IMG/VR virus record: IMGVR_UViG_2526164667_000029 | Reading direction: 5' to 3' (one strand) | Source: a virus | Taxonomy: Duplodnaviria > Heunggongvirae > Uroviricota > Caudoviricetes | Length of the DNA stretch: 36,097 nt | Part shown: in pieces, positions 28,024 through 36,097 of the stretch | How the letters are laid out: the number at the start of each line of letters is the position of its first letter | Position numbering within the stretch: the first letter of the stretch is position 1 | Notes under the pieces: model-generated | The model's database searches: none | What the model saw: the letters and a program-made list of their open reading frames with translations, nothing else | What the model was told of the DNA's origin: nothing | Made by a program: the position numbers and the translations under genes

Positions 28024-29207
28024 CAGGCACCTCCCAGCACCGCAAATGCGGGACCAAAGAATTCATCAGTAAACGTCTGGTAAAGCTCCATGTCTTCCAG
28101 TGGCGGAACGGGCGTATATTTGTAGCGAATACGCACACGCCCCTGACGTAAATCCGTGGTGCCGTTATCCACCACGTCATACCAGCACGACGCCCCAATC
28201 AGTTTCCCGGCAGTAACCAGTGAATCCAGTTTTGCCCTGATGGCACTGATAACATCTTTCACGTTCGCAGGCGTCAGTGGACTGTCGATGGTTTCAAACT
28301 GCGCTTCCGCAATTGAATCAGCCAGCACCTGTGCGGTTCGGGTATACACCTCAAAGATGTAGGCGTTCGTTTCCGGTGTGCGGTTGCCCCAGAAGCGGAA
28401 CCCGTTGCGACGAATAATGGTCGTGATTTCTTTGTTGTTGAGGCTGTTGGCATCACTGTCTTCGGCCTGCAACGACCAGAACACATGCCTCGACATCCCC
28501 AGCACATTCTTAACCGGAACGTTGGAGAGTGATTTGTGCCATCCCTGCTCATGGTCAATGTACGCACGAAGGCCGCACGCATAGGCAGGCGCGGGGAACG
28601 TTTCGTTTTTGCCACTTTTCGGGTTGTAGGCGATGAAGTCCGGCCATAAGAGCATCACCTCACGTTCGTTGAATTTCTGGCGGTAGGTAATCGCATCAGC
28701 CATCGTGTCACAGCCATGACATGAGGCATACACAAACGCGCGCAGTTTACCCGCAATCACGCACAGGGATTTTGTCACCGCCTCCGTATCCAGCTCCGGC
28801 GCGGCCAGAATACGCGGACGGTATCCGATGCTTTCATCCTGCTCTGCAACAAGCAGCGCATACATCCCCGTATAGCTGCCGTCAGATTCAGAACCACCGA
28901 TAACCAGTTGATCCTGCGTCTTTCCGTCTTCTTCTTTGTGTTCAGCCACGCGAACGACGATCACCTTTGTGCTCACCTGGTCTGCAATGGCCTTAAGCGC
29001 ACGATAAAGCGTCCCCGTTGTCCCGCATTTTCCCAGCACGTCATTGACGCGGGTCAGCAGTGTGGGCTTGTTCAGCGGGAACAGCTCCGCGTCCGCATCA
29101 TCCGCCGTTGCCACGATACCGATAACACTGGAATCAACATCATTAATCGCTGTTACCAGGTCGGTACTTTCCGTAACACGGGCACCATGAAAACGAGTTT
29201 CACTCAT
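28023..29207 (-). CDS. FI: Tail sheath protein (P2 gpFI-like)
   Basis: 394 aa; blocks LRAFVYASCHG, MLLWPDF, GFRFWGNRT, NYTRTAQVLADS and YKYTPVPPLE match remembered P2 gpFI. Confidence 0.9.
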   Translation of the reverse strand: MSETRFHGARVTESTDLVTAINDVDSSVIGIVATADDADAELFPLNKPTLLTRVNDVLGKCGTTGTLYRALKAIADQVSTKVIVVRVAEHKEEDGKTQDQLVIGGSESDGSYTGMYALLVAEQDESIGYRPRILAAPELDTEAVTKSLCVIAGKLRAFVYASCHGCDTMADAITYRQKFNEREVMLLWPDFIAYNPKSGKNETFPAPAYACGLRAYIDHEQGWHKSLSNVPVKNVLGMSRHVFWSLQAEDSDANSLNNKEITTIIRRNGFRFWGNRTPETNAYIFEVYTRTAQVLADSIAEAQFETIDSPLTPANVKDVISAIRAKLDSLVTAGKLIGASCWYDVVDNGTTDLRQGRVRIRYKYTPVPPLEDMELYQTFTDEFFGPAFAVLGGA

Positions 29208-29631
29208 AGCTTCAGCCCCTTGTATCCGTTAAATGATTCGGCAACAATCATCACCCACCACGCGCGTAATCTCACTCCTGCGCCGTTCTCCCGCCACGGC
29301 GACAACAAAAAGCAGTAACCCCCTCCGCACGCACATGCGACCATGCCGCACAGGGAGGGAACAGATGACCGACACCACCATGCAATTGCTCAGTCAGGGC
29401 ACAGACCCCGTGAAAATGCCGGATTTTGATATTCTCGCGGAGGGTAAAACGCTGTCAGGCGTGGCAGAGCGCCTGATGAGCCTGTCACTGACCGACAACC
29501 GGGGATTTGAAGCGGACCAGCTCACCATCACGCTGGATGATGCGGATGGTCAGTTGCAGCTACCGCCACGGGGCGCGCGCCTGACGGTTCTCATTGGCTG
29601 GAAAGGAGAACCGCTGACAGAAAAAGGCACT

Positions 29632-30852
29632 TGTAGATTCAATCTGTCAATGCAACACCCCTTTCAATTATCTCTTTCGGTGTTTTGAACTTCAGTGTCT
29701 TTCTCGGTCTGTTGTTTAGCTGAGCAGCAACCAGATCTAGTTCATGTTGAGTATATTGGGCAAGACATGTCTTTTTAGGAAAGTACTGCCGAATTAGCCC
29801 ATTTGTGTTCTCATTTGTTCCCCGCTGCCAAGGACTCTGAGGATCGCAGAAGTAAACTTTAACGCCGGTGCTGACAGTAAATTCTAGATGTCTGGCCAGT
29901 TCCATTCCTCTGTCCCATGTCAGTGATTTTCTGAGTTCTGACGGTAAACTCAGGAATTTGTCGGTAAGAGCCTGATTTACTGAGACAGAATCTTTGCCCC
30001 TGAGTCTGAGGATGATCGTATAACGTGATTTTCGGTCTACAAGTGTGGCTATATGAGAGTTTTTTGTACCTGAGACTAAATCGCCCTCCCAATGCCCCAG
30101 AGAGCGTCTGTTATCGATATTTCGGGAACGTTCGTGAATTGGTGTTCCGTTCACTATGTTAATCGTACCTCTTTCGCCTTTGCGGGTATGACGCCTGCCA
30201 TGGCGAAGGCTATGCGACCGTCGCAGATGCTGTATATTCAGGTGGTGTAGCGCTTCACGGCTACGAAAGTACAGCGTTTTATAAATTGTCTCAGGTGATA
30301 TTCGCAGCGTTTTTTGACGTGGTTTTGTTCGCCTTAACCATCCTGATATTTGCTCTGGAGACCATTTCATCTCCAGCTTTTCCAGAACAAGCTTTCGCAA
30401 TGGTAAATTTTGATCCAGTAAGCACGGTTTTGGCCTTTTCGCCATTCTGTTGGCTCGGTTATTAGCATCAACAGCTTTGTAATAGCGTCTGCCCCGATTA
30501 CGCTGAACTTCACGTGAGATCGTCGAAGGACTGCGATTCAGCGCAGTAGCTATCGCACGAATGCTCATTTTGGCTGACAAACCAGCTCGTATCTCCTCGC
30601 GCTCAGACAGTGTCAGGTGAGCTACAGCCCGCTTACGCTCATGGGGTTTTATGCCGCCAGTATCCCTTAACATAGTGAAGATCGTTCCGGGTTTTGAACC
30701 CAGGATATTCGCTATTTCACTGAAGCCTGTTCCGTTCTTCCATAGTTCAAAAACAGAGGCTTTTTCCTCTGCTGTAAATGTTCGTCTCATTCAAAAAACC
30801 TCCGCAACCCCATGTTTTCACATAACTGTTGCGTTGACCAATTGAATCTACA
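29632..30852 (-). mobile_element. IS30 insertion sequence (complete, about 1221 bp)
   Basis: Terminal inverted repeats TGTAGATTCAAT..GTCAA.GCAAC at both ends; 2-bp flanking direct repeat CT; one 383-aa transposase ORF. Confidence 0.9.
29639..30790 (-). CDS. insI: IS30 transposase
   Basis: 383 aa with N-terminal HTH and a DDE-type catalytic core; fills nearly the whole element. Confidence 0.9.
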   Translation of the reverse strand: MRRTFTAEEKASVFELWKNGTGFSEIANILGSKPGTIFTMLRDTGGIKPHERKRAVAHLTLSEREEIRAGLSAKMSIRAIATALNRSPSTISREVQRNRGRRYYKAVDANNRANRMAKRPKPCLLDQNLPLRKLVLEKLEMKWSPEQISGWLRRTKPRQKTLRISPETIYKTLYFRSREALHHLNIQHLRRSHSLRHGRRHTRKGERGTINIVNGTPIHERSRNIDNRRSLGHWEGDLVSGTKNSHIATLVDRKSRYTIILRLRGKDSVSVNQALTDKFLSLPSELRKSLTWDRGMELARHLEFTVSTGVKVYFCDPQSPWQRGTNENTNGLIRQYFPKKTCLAQYTQHELDLVAAQLNNRPRKTLKFKTPKEIIERGVALTD

Positions 30853-31855
30853 CTTACATTGTTGATGAAATCGCTCACGAAGGACCGCCGGACAGGCTGA
30901 CTGTTTCAGCCAGAAGCGCAGATTTTCGGGATGAATTTAACGTTAAACGTGAGGTGTCCTGGCATGATGTGACCGTTGAGCGTGTGGTATCCGCCATCGC
31001 TCATCGGTATGGTCTGAAACCGCAAATCAGCGAAATGCTGATGGATATCGAAATCGACCACGCCGACCAGACCGAAGAAAGCGACATGTCCTTCCTTACG
31101 CGCATGGCGGAAATGCTGGGCGCAATCACCACAGTAAAAAGCGGCAATCTGTTATTCATCATGCCAGGTGGTGGCGTGAACGCACAGGGCCAGCCGTTGC
31201 CCTCGTTCGCCATTACACGCAGCAGCGGCGATCGCCATCAGTTCCGTATTGCTGACCGCGAGGCGTATACGGGGGTACGCGCCTACTGGCTTGATCTTAA
31301 TTACGGGAAAAAGAAAAAAGTCAGCGTGAAACGCCGTAAACCGCCAAAACCCAAAAAGGAGAAAAGCAGCAGCCGTGAAGGTGATTATATGGAAGGCGCG
31401 GAAGGCAATGTGTTTGTGTTACGCAAGACTTATCAGAACGAGCAGGCAGCAAGACGCGCAGCGGCGGCAAAGTGGCAGCAGCTACAACGCGGAGCCGCAG
31501 CGTTCTCCATCACACTGGCACGTGGACGCGCAGAACTCTACCCCGAAATGCATGGCACGGTAACAGGCTTTAAAAGCGAGATTGATAATCAGGACTGGAT
31601 TATTGCGAAAGCCGAGCACACCATTGATAACAGCGGCTTTACCACGCAGCTTGAGCTTGAGGCAAAAATCCCGGAATGGATAGCAGAATGAGACTCTTAA
31701 ATGTATTAGTCCAGACACGTACTAGCGGGCTAAACGGCACAGTCTTATCTGACCATCTGCCCCTAACACAGAGCAGACGGTCCTTGATCTTACCCACTAA
31801 TAATGGACGCGCGACTAATATAATTTATTGCTTTTTATTTATACCTCACTGAGAT

Positions 31856-32491
31856 TTAGCGAGCTAATATATTCAAAGAATTTAACAATTGAGTGTCGAG
31901 TGTTTCAGTTGCAGGAATCGGTAATCCATTCGCAATGCGGTAATTTTTCACAGACAGCCTTGTGGATGGCCCCATTATGCCGTCAATATTTCCGTTATAA
32001 AATCCCCTGTCCAGCAATGCGAACTGAACTCGCATAATCAATCGCTTACGTTTCTCTGCATCAGAAGCAAGCCCATTACTCGTACGGTTAACCTCTGAAG
32101 TTCCAACAGAACTCGTGTTAGTGGTTCTATTATTATCGTTAGAACGAAGTGCACGCACCGAGGAAGAGGACGATGAGGAACTTGCACCTGAACTTGAAGA
32201 ACCAGATGAACGTGGTGAGCTGTATGTTTTTGGATAATAGGGGGTACTTCCACCATAGTATCCACCACCTGATGAGGATCTATGAGAGCTATGGCTCCTA
32301 TGAGAGCTATGGCTTCGATGCCCTGCGATATAAAATGGGACTTCCGTGTTAAGTGGAGCTATCACTAAATCATGCTCATTAAGAGTCATACCAGGTAAAT
32401 CACTCGCTCCTGTAGATGAATCGCTTGCCCATACAGAATTGTTGAGAGCCAAAAATCCCGGAAGTAGAGCAGCAAAATTAAACTTTTTCAT
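31856..32491 (-). CDS. hxsA: His-Xaa-Ser repeat protein (HxsA-like): signal peptide, HxS repeats, Ser-rich linker, peptidoglycan-binding-like C-terminus
   Basis: Signal peptide MKKFNFAALLPGFLALNNSVWA; repeat HRSHSSHRSHSSHRS; Ser-rich tract; C-terminal RVQFALLDRGFYNGNIDGIMGPSTRLSVKNYRIANGLP resembles a PG_binding_1 domain; start overlaps the stop of the upstream rSAM gene (ATGA); ORF track extends to 32569 in the same frame. Confidence 0.7.
   Translation of the reverse strand: MKKFNFAALLPGFLALNNSVWASDSSTGASDLPGMTLNEHDLVIAPLNTEVPFYIAGHRSHSSHRSHSSHRSSSGGGYYGGSTPYYPKTYSSPRSSGSSSSGASSSSSSSSVRALRSNDNNRTTNTSSVGTSEVNRTSNGLASDAEKRKRLIMRVQFALLDRGFYNGNIDGIMGPSTRLSVKNYRIANGLPIPATETLDTQLLNSLNILAR
32276..32320 (-). 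repeat. 18-bp tandem DNA repeats encoding the His-Xaa-Ser repeats of HxsA
   Basis: Plus-strand ctatgagagctatggct repeated about 2.5 times. Confidence 0.6.
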
Positions 32492-33600
32492 AAAATTGGT
32501 CTCGGTGATTGATGAAAACGGCCTTTTGAGGAACTGAAATAGCCAGCACAGGAAGGCTTCTGAGTACATTCATCACATTCTTTTGGATAGTAATTTTTCC
32601 AATCAGAGATCGACTGAACAGCAAGCTCCCTAGCCCTTTCAGGAAGATAACACAAAGGATAATTAAAAATTGTCAGAGGTATGCCTGACCTGTATGCAGC
32701 GTCTATGGCAGAGATTATTTTCTCACTATAACTACTGTGATCAATGAAGATGGTGGACCAGTTTTTTCGTGCCCAACCGATAGGCTCCAACCCCATAAGG
32801 GAAATCTGATTGATGTTGGAGAACACACGGCCAGCGAATTCTACAATATCATCCAATTCGGTATAGTTAGCCAGTGTAGGAATAACTCTAAGTTCGATAT
32901 TAATCCCCAAGTTTCCTGCATTGATTAACCCTTTAACCGTTTCATTAAATGCGCCATCACTCCCTACCAGATGATCATGCACAAGTGGTCTTGATGAGTA
33001 GAGCGGGATACCAAAGGTGATTTTGATCTTTTTGCTTCGCTTTGCCATTTCCTGTGTAAAGTTGATATCAGCAAATTTGCGTCCGTTTGTTAAAACATGT
33101 AAAGCAGTATCTGGTGAATTCTCGATGATAAAATCAATGAAGTGAAGGAAGTCATCCCCATATAGCAAAGGTTCACCACCGCTGACCCCAACAACTCCGT
33201 TCAAGCCAAATGAAGCTATAGCAAGAGCTGATTGGGTAAGTAGCCAGTCATCATTTATTTTCTTTGGTGGCTGCGAACAAAACAGACACAAGTTATTGCA
33301 GCGTTCCGTAACTAAGACAGTATTATGATTGGCTTTGCGTGACAGAATAACGCGTATCATATTGCCATTGTTGATTATCCCAATATCTCCATCTTCAATT
33401 GACTCAAATAATTCAGTGCTAATAACAGAGAAATCAAAGCATGGTGGAATGGCATCATTATTGCCTTCAGCAACTACTAGCAAATTGGGCAAAAAGAATA
33501 AAGGGTTCACTGGTTTTTGTTTGCATAACCGATAGAACCCCGTGGGCACGTTCTCTGTAGAAGCAAAATGAAAGATATCGTTCCTGATAACCTCAGACAT
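32488..33600 (-). CDS. Radical SAM maturase with C-terminal Cys-rich (SPASM/twitch-like) region, HxsB/HxsC-type
   Basis: 370 aa; CxxxCxxC motif CNNLCLFC; GGEP motif VSGGEPLL; C-terminal cysteines in CYLPERARE...CDECTQKPSCAGYF; 8-nt overlap with the upstream gene. Confidence 0.75.
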   Translation of the reverse strand: MSEVIRNDIFHFASTENVPTGFYRLCKQKPVNPLFFLPNLLVVAEGNNDAIPPCFDFSVISTELFESIEDGDIGIINNGNMIRVILSRKANHNTVLVTERCNNLCLFCSQPPKKINDDWLLTQSALAIASFGLNGVVGVSGGEPLLYGDDFLHFIDFIIENSPDTALHVLTNGRKFADINFTQEMAKRSKKIKITFGIPLYSSRPLVHDHLVGSDGAFNETVKGLINAGNLGINIELRVIPTLANYTELDDIVEFAGRVFSNINQISLMGLEPIGWARKNWSTIFIDHSSYSEKIISAIDAAYRSGIPLTIFNYPLCYLPERARELAVQSISDWKNYYPKECDECTQKPSCAGYFSSSKGRFHQSPRPIL

Positions 33601-34981
33601 ATGCCCATCCTTTTAGCATCTCAGCCTTCGAACCACCCTCTGAGATGCAGTTCATCAGATACCTGAACATCCCCTTGTGATATTGACAAAACGTTGAACG
33701 ACTCCTATCACCGACAGGCTCACCCTGTACACTTATGTTCTGGCATGGATCTGAACCACAAAATGGTTGATATGCACATGTATCACAACCTGGCAGAGCA
33801 AAATTGAACGATGAACTCAATACTGCGTTATAGTAAGGACTATCAGAAAATGATAGCGTCTTAACTTCACCCGCACTGAACTCCGTTTCAGGATTCACCT
33901 TCTGCAACATACGGCTCTCATCGCTACCATATACTCGACCGTCATAATTGAAAAGAATACTGTTAAGCACGACTCCACTTGGAGACTTTAAATCCGCATA
34001 ACCACTAAAACCGGGATTGAAGATCCTTTTCAGATGAATGGAGGCCGAATGTTCCACAACCCTTATCCCTTCATTATTAATCTTAAGGATTTCATCTATC
34101 AACGAGGCATAGAAGCTGAAGTATTCGTCCATAGAAAAGGTGAAAGAAGCTTTTTGTGCAAACCCATAGGGACTAACAGGTCGGATAAACATGTCCTTGA
34201 GACCAAGAGACAAGTGAGCCTGAACAATCGATTCAGGACGTTTGATAAGCTCTTTAGTAACTGTAGTAACCGTTGCAACGCGGCCAGCACCTAAAGAGTG
34301 TTTGATAGCCTCTACCCCTGACACTGTTCTACTGTACGCAAGCCCACGACCAAGAATTCGATTACTGTTGTGAACAACTTCCTCACCATCAAGCGACACA
34401 GAGAACGTTATGTTCCGGTCTCTCGACCATTCAATCATATCCTCATTCAAGACGGACAGACTTGATGCCACCACCATCTCAAAATTGGTTCTTCCCAGCG
34501 TTTCAGCACATTGATCATAGATGCTCTGAATTAAATCAAACCGCAAGAGAGGCTCCCCACCCTGTATCTCTATTTTGTAAGGTGGCGTTGATAGTTTTTT
34601 AATAGCCGAAATAATATCGGGGATGAGCTCAGGATTTAGGTCGTAACCTGAGGCATTAACAGAAGCTCTACTAACCTGGCAATACTTGCATGTATGGTCA
34701 CAACGTAATGTGGGTACAATCATGAAAATTGGCCTGACAGCCAGTTCATTCATCAATCGTTTTGCAAAAGCAGAACTTAAAGCATAGGGAGTTATAGCAG
34801 ATGAGCTTTCACTGGTTATGAAAAGCTTACTTTCTAGCACGTTTGATTGCTCCGAACTAATTCGCTCATCAGAAAGATCAATAAGGTCTTGCTCACCAAT
34901 GAAATGATGAAAACCTGCAAGGTTGCTTATAAACACCTGTCCATTAGGCAATCTGTCAAAATTAAATGGCATCAATTCCAT
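33593..34981 (-). CDS. Radical SAM maturase with N-terminal extension and C-terminal Cys-rich region, HxsB/HxsC-type
   Basis: 462 aa; CxxxCxxC motif CDHTCKYC; GGEP motif IQGGEPLL; C-terminal cluster PGCDTCAYQPFCGSDPC; start overlaps the hxsD stop (TAATG). Confidence 0.75.
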   Translation of the reverse strand: MELMPFNFDRLPNGQVFISNLAGFHHFIGEQDLIDLSDERISSEQSNVLESKLFITSESSSAITPYALSSAFAKRLMNELAVRPIFMIVPTLRCDHTCKYCQVSRASVNASGYDLNPELIPDIISAIKKLSTPPYKIEIQGGEPLLRFDLIQSIYDQCAETLGRTNFEMVVASSLSVLNEDMIEWSRDRNITFSVSLDGEEVVHNSNRILGRGLAYSRTVSGVEAIKHSLGAGRVATVTTVTKELIKRPESIVQAHLSLGLKDMFIRPVSPYGFAQKASFTFSMDEYFSFYASLIDEILKINNEGIRVVEHSASIHLKRIFNPGFSGYADLKSPSGVVLNSILFNYDGRVYGSDESRMLQKVNPETEFSAGEVKTLSFSDSPYYNAVLSSSFNFALPGCDTCAYQPFCGSDPCQNISVQGEPVGDRSRSTFCQYHKGMFRYLMNCISEGGSKAEMLKGWAYV

Positions 34982-35295
34982 TATGAAAGCCTCTCATCAA
35001 CACTGCGAAGCACTTTATGGACAATAGAGTCTCTCAACGCCCCTGTTTTATGCTGTAGCTTTTCTCGCAAAGAGTAATCATTAAGCAGCCTATCGAATTC
35101 ATAAAGGAATTTGGGATTATCGTTTTCAAAAGAGATTATCCAGTGGGAAACGTCTTCATGGAGTTTCCATCGAGTAAGCGGAGTCATCCAATATAGACTA
35201 TTGCGTATAACCCATTCAGAATATAGTTCTTTCTCAAACACTCTTTCGCTCATTGCAATTATCTTCCAATACAAATATTCATGATCAGCAACCAC
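34981..35295 (-). CDS. hxsD: HxsD-like small protein (LLNDYxLRE signature)
   Basis: 104 aa containing LLNDYSLRE, the motif that names the TIGRFAMs HxsD family (as I recall it); first gene of the operon. Confidence 0.6.
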   Translation of the reverse strand: MVADHEYLYWKIIAMSERVFEKELYSEWVIRNSLYWMTPLTRWKLHEDVSHWIISFENDNPKFLYEFDRLLNDYSLREKLQHKTGALRDSIVHKVLRSVDERLS

Positions 35296-35505
35296 TTTAA
35301 AGCGGATTTTTCCTATGGCAACAATAATATAACATATCCATAGATATGTTACAGATGCCTTGTTTCCCGTTGACTAATACATCACAACGTTAGTAATGGC
35401 TATCACAATTGTGAACTTCCACTTTTCACACAAGACAAGCTGTTAATTGGAATCTGTATCAGTACAACTTAGAATAGAGGAAGCACCACAGTAAGGGAGG
35501 TCGCT

Positions 35506-35766
35506 ATGTTCCGTTGTCCACTTTGTGGCGCATCTGCCCGTATCCGCACTAGTCGTCCGGAAAATGATTCAAACACTGTGCGGCAAAAGTATTACCAATG
35601 TAACAACCTAGAATGCGGCGTATGCTTCTCAACACTGGAAGCTTTCCATAAATTCACATCGAAACACGCCTCCGGCGCTCACTCTTCAGAAGGTATCCCG
35701 TGGCATGAACTGCCAGCTTCACACAAAGGAAACAATCAGATGAGTTTGCCCTTACCTCAAAATTAA
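35506..35766 (+). CDS. ogr: Ogr/Delta-family zinc-finger late transcription activator
   Basis: MFRCPLCGASARIRTSR...YYQCNNLECG with a Cys4 arrangement, as in P2 Ogr (remembered MFHCPLCQHAAHARTSR...); ggagg RBS upstream. Confidence 0.85.
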   Translation: MFRCPLCGASARIRTSRPENDSNTVRQKYYQCNNLECGVCFSTLEAFHKFTSKHASGAHSSEGIPWHELPASHKGNNQMSLPLPQN

Positions 35767-35956
35767 CAGGCAGAATTGCCGGAGTAACAAAAAAGAGATA
35801 GATTACGCGCGGGTGCCTTTCGGCTGATGGTCGGAGGGAATACCTGAAGGCCAGATGTGGAAAGGCCCCGGAAAACATTTCTGTTTAACCGAGGCCCTAA
35901 CCGCATTACCTTGACAAGTGAAAGGTTAGCGCCTCTCCGGAAAAGGAGCAAGTGCT

Positions 35957-36097
35957 ATGTCGCAAAAATCGCTTACGGCCATCACGTTCTGCGTGACGGC
36001 AATCCTCATCATCTGGATGTTGCACGGTTCGCTGTGCGAAATACGGATGAGCTTCTGGGGAGCGGAGTTTGCGGCGTTCTTACAGTGTAAGCAGTAA
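35957..36097 (+). CDS. Hok/Gef-family type I toxin (small membrane peptide)
   Basis: 46-aa translation MSQKSLTAITFCVTAILIIWMLHGSLCEIRMSFWGAEFAAFLQCKQ with the Hok signature SLCE(I/L)...E(L/V)AAF; an overlapping ORF at 35857-36090 may be mok-like; ends at the last base of the window. Confidence 0.65.
   Translation: MSQKSLTAITFCVTAILIIWMLHGSLCEIRMSFWGAEFAAFLQCKQ

Larger units (their letters stand above)
29365..31691 (+). pseudogene. D: gpD (tail/late-control protein D) interrupted by IS30
   Basis: N-terminal 89 codons (MTDTTMQLLSQG...LTEKGT) end at the IS30 boundary; the frame resumes right after the IS and its 2-bp duplication (YIVDEIAHEGPPDRL...) and continues to 31691; both parts resemble P2 gpD. 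Confidence 0.85.

Noticed and set aside
29208-29364. Search for an Ogr-type late promoter box (TGT-N12-ACA) in the FI/D divergent intergenic region
   Set aside because: No exact match found by eye, so no late promoter is annotated here; a degenerate site cannot be excluded without a matrix scan.
31900-31925. Apparent extra base near 31920 in my manual reading that would frameshift hxsA
   Set aside because: The ORF-track translation is continuous through this point, so I attribute it to my own position-counting error; hand-derived coordinates should be taken as +/-1-2 nt.
31828-32037. 69-aa plus-strand ORF
   Set aside because: Antisense to the 3' end of hxsA with a non-ATG start; shadow ORF.
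1-36097. tRNA or other structured RNA genes
   Set aside because: No cloverleaf-like segment or tRNA-like conserved ends noticed by eye; this is not conclusive without tRNAscan or Infernal.

Overview
The window is almost entirely one P2-like (Peduovirus-type) prophage of an enterobacterial host, in integrated order. Left to right: an AT-rich moron ORF, tyrosine integrase and C-type repressor (minus strand); early genes and the rolling-circle initiator A; a ParM/ParR type II partition module where P2 carries tin/old; a repeat-rich cos-position intergenic region; portal Q and terminase P (minus); then O, N, M, L, X, holin, M15 endolysin, overlapping LysB/LysC spanins, R, S, V, W, J, I, a mosaic tail fiber H and chaperone G (plus). 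After G comes an AT-rich hexapeptide acetyltransferase moron, then the tail block U-T-E/E'-FII-FI on the opposite strand to P2 synteny, then gene D split by a complete IS30. Between D and ogr sits a tightly coupled four-gene His-Xaa-Ser (Hxs) cassette: a small LLNDYxLRE protein, two radical SAM enzymes, and a secreted His-Xaa-Ser repeat protein. This is the most interesting candidate in the window; the family is known only from bioinformatic definition and, to my knowledge, has no established function. A hok-like toxin gene lies at the right edge. The short terminase ORF, the IS30 insertion in D and the reversed tail block together suggest a decaying prophage that retains cargo. All assignments rest on reading the translations and on remembered P2 and R1 protein features; no searches were run, and coordinates I derived by eye may be off by 1-2 nt.
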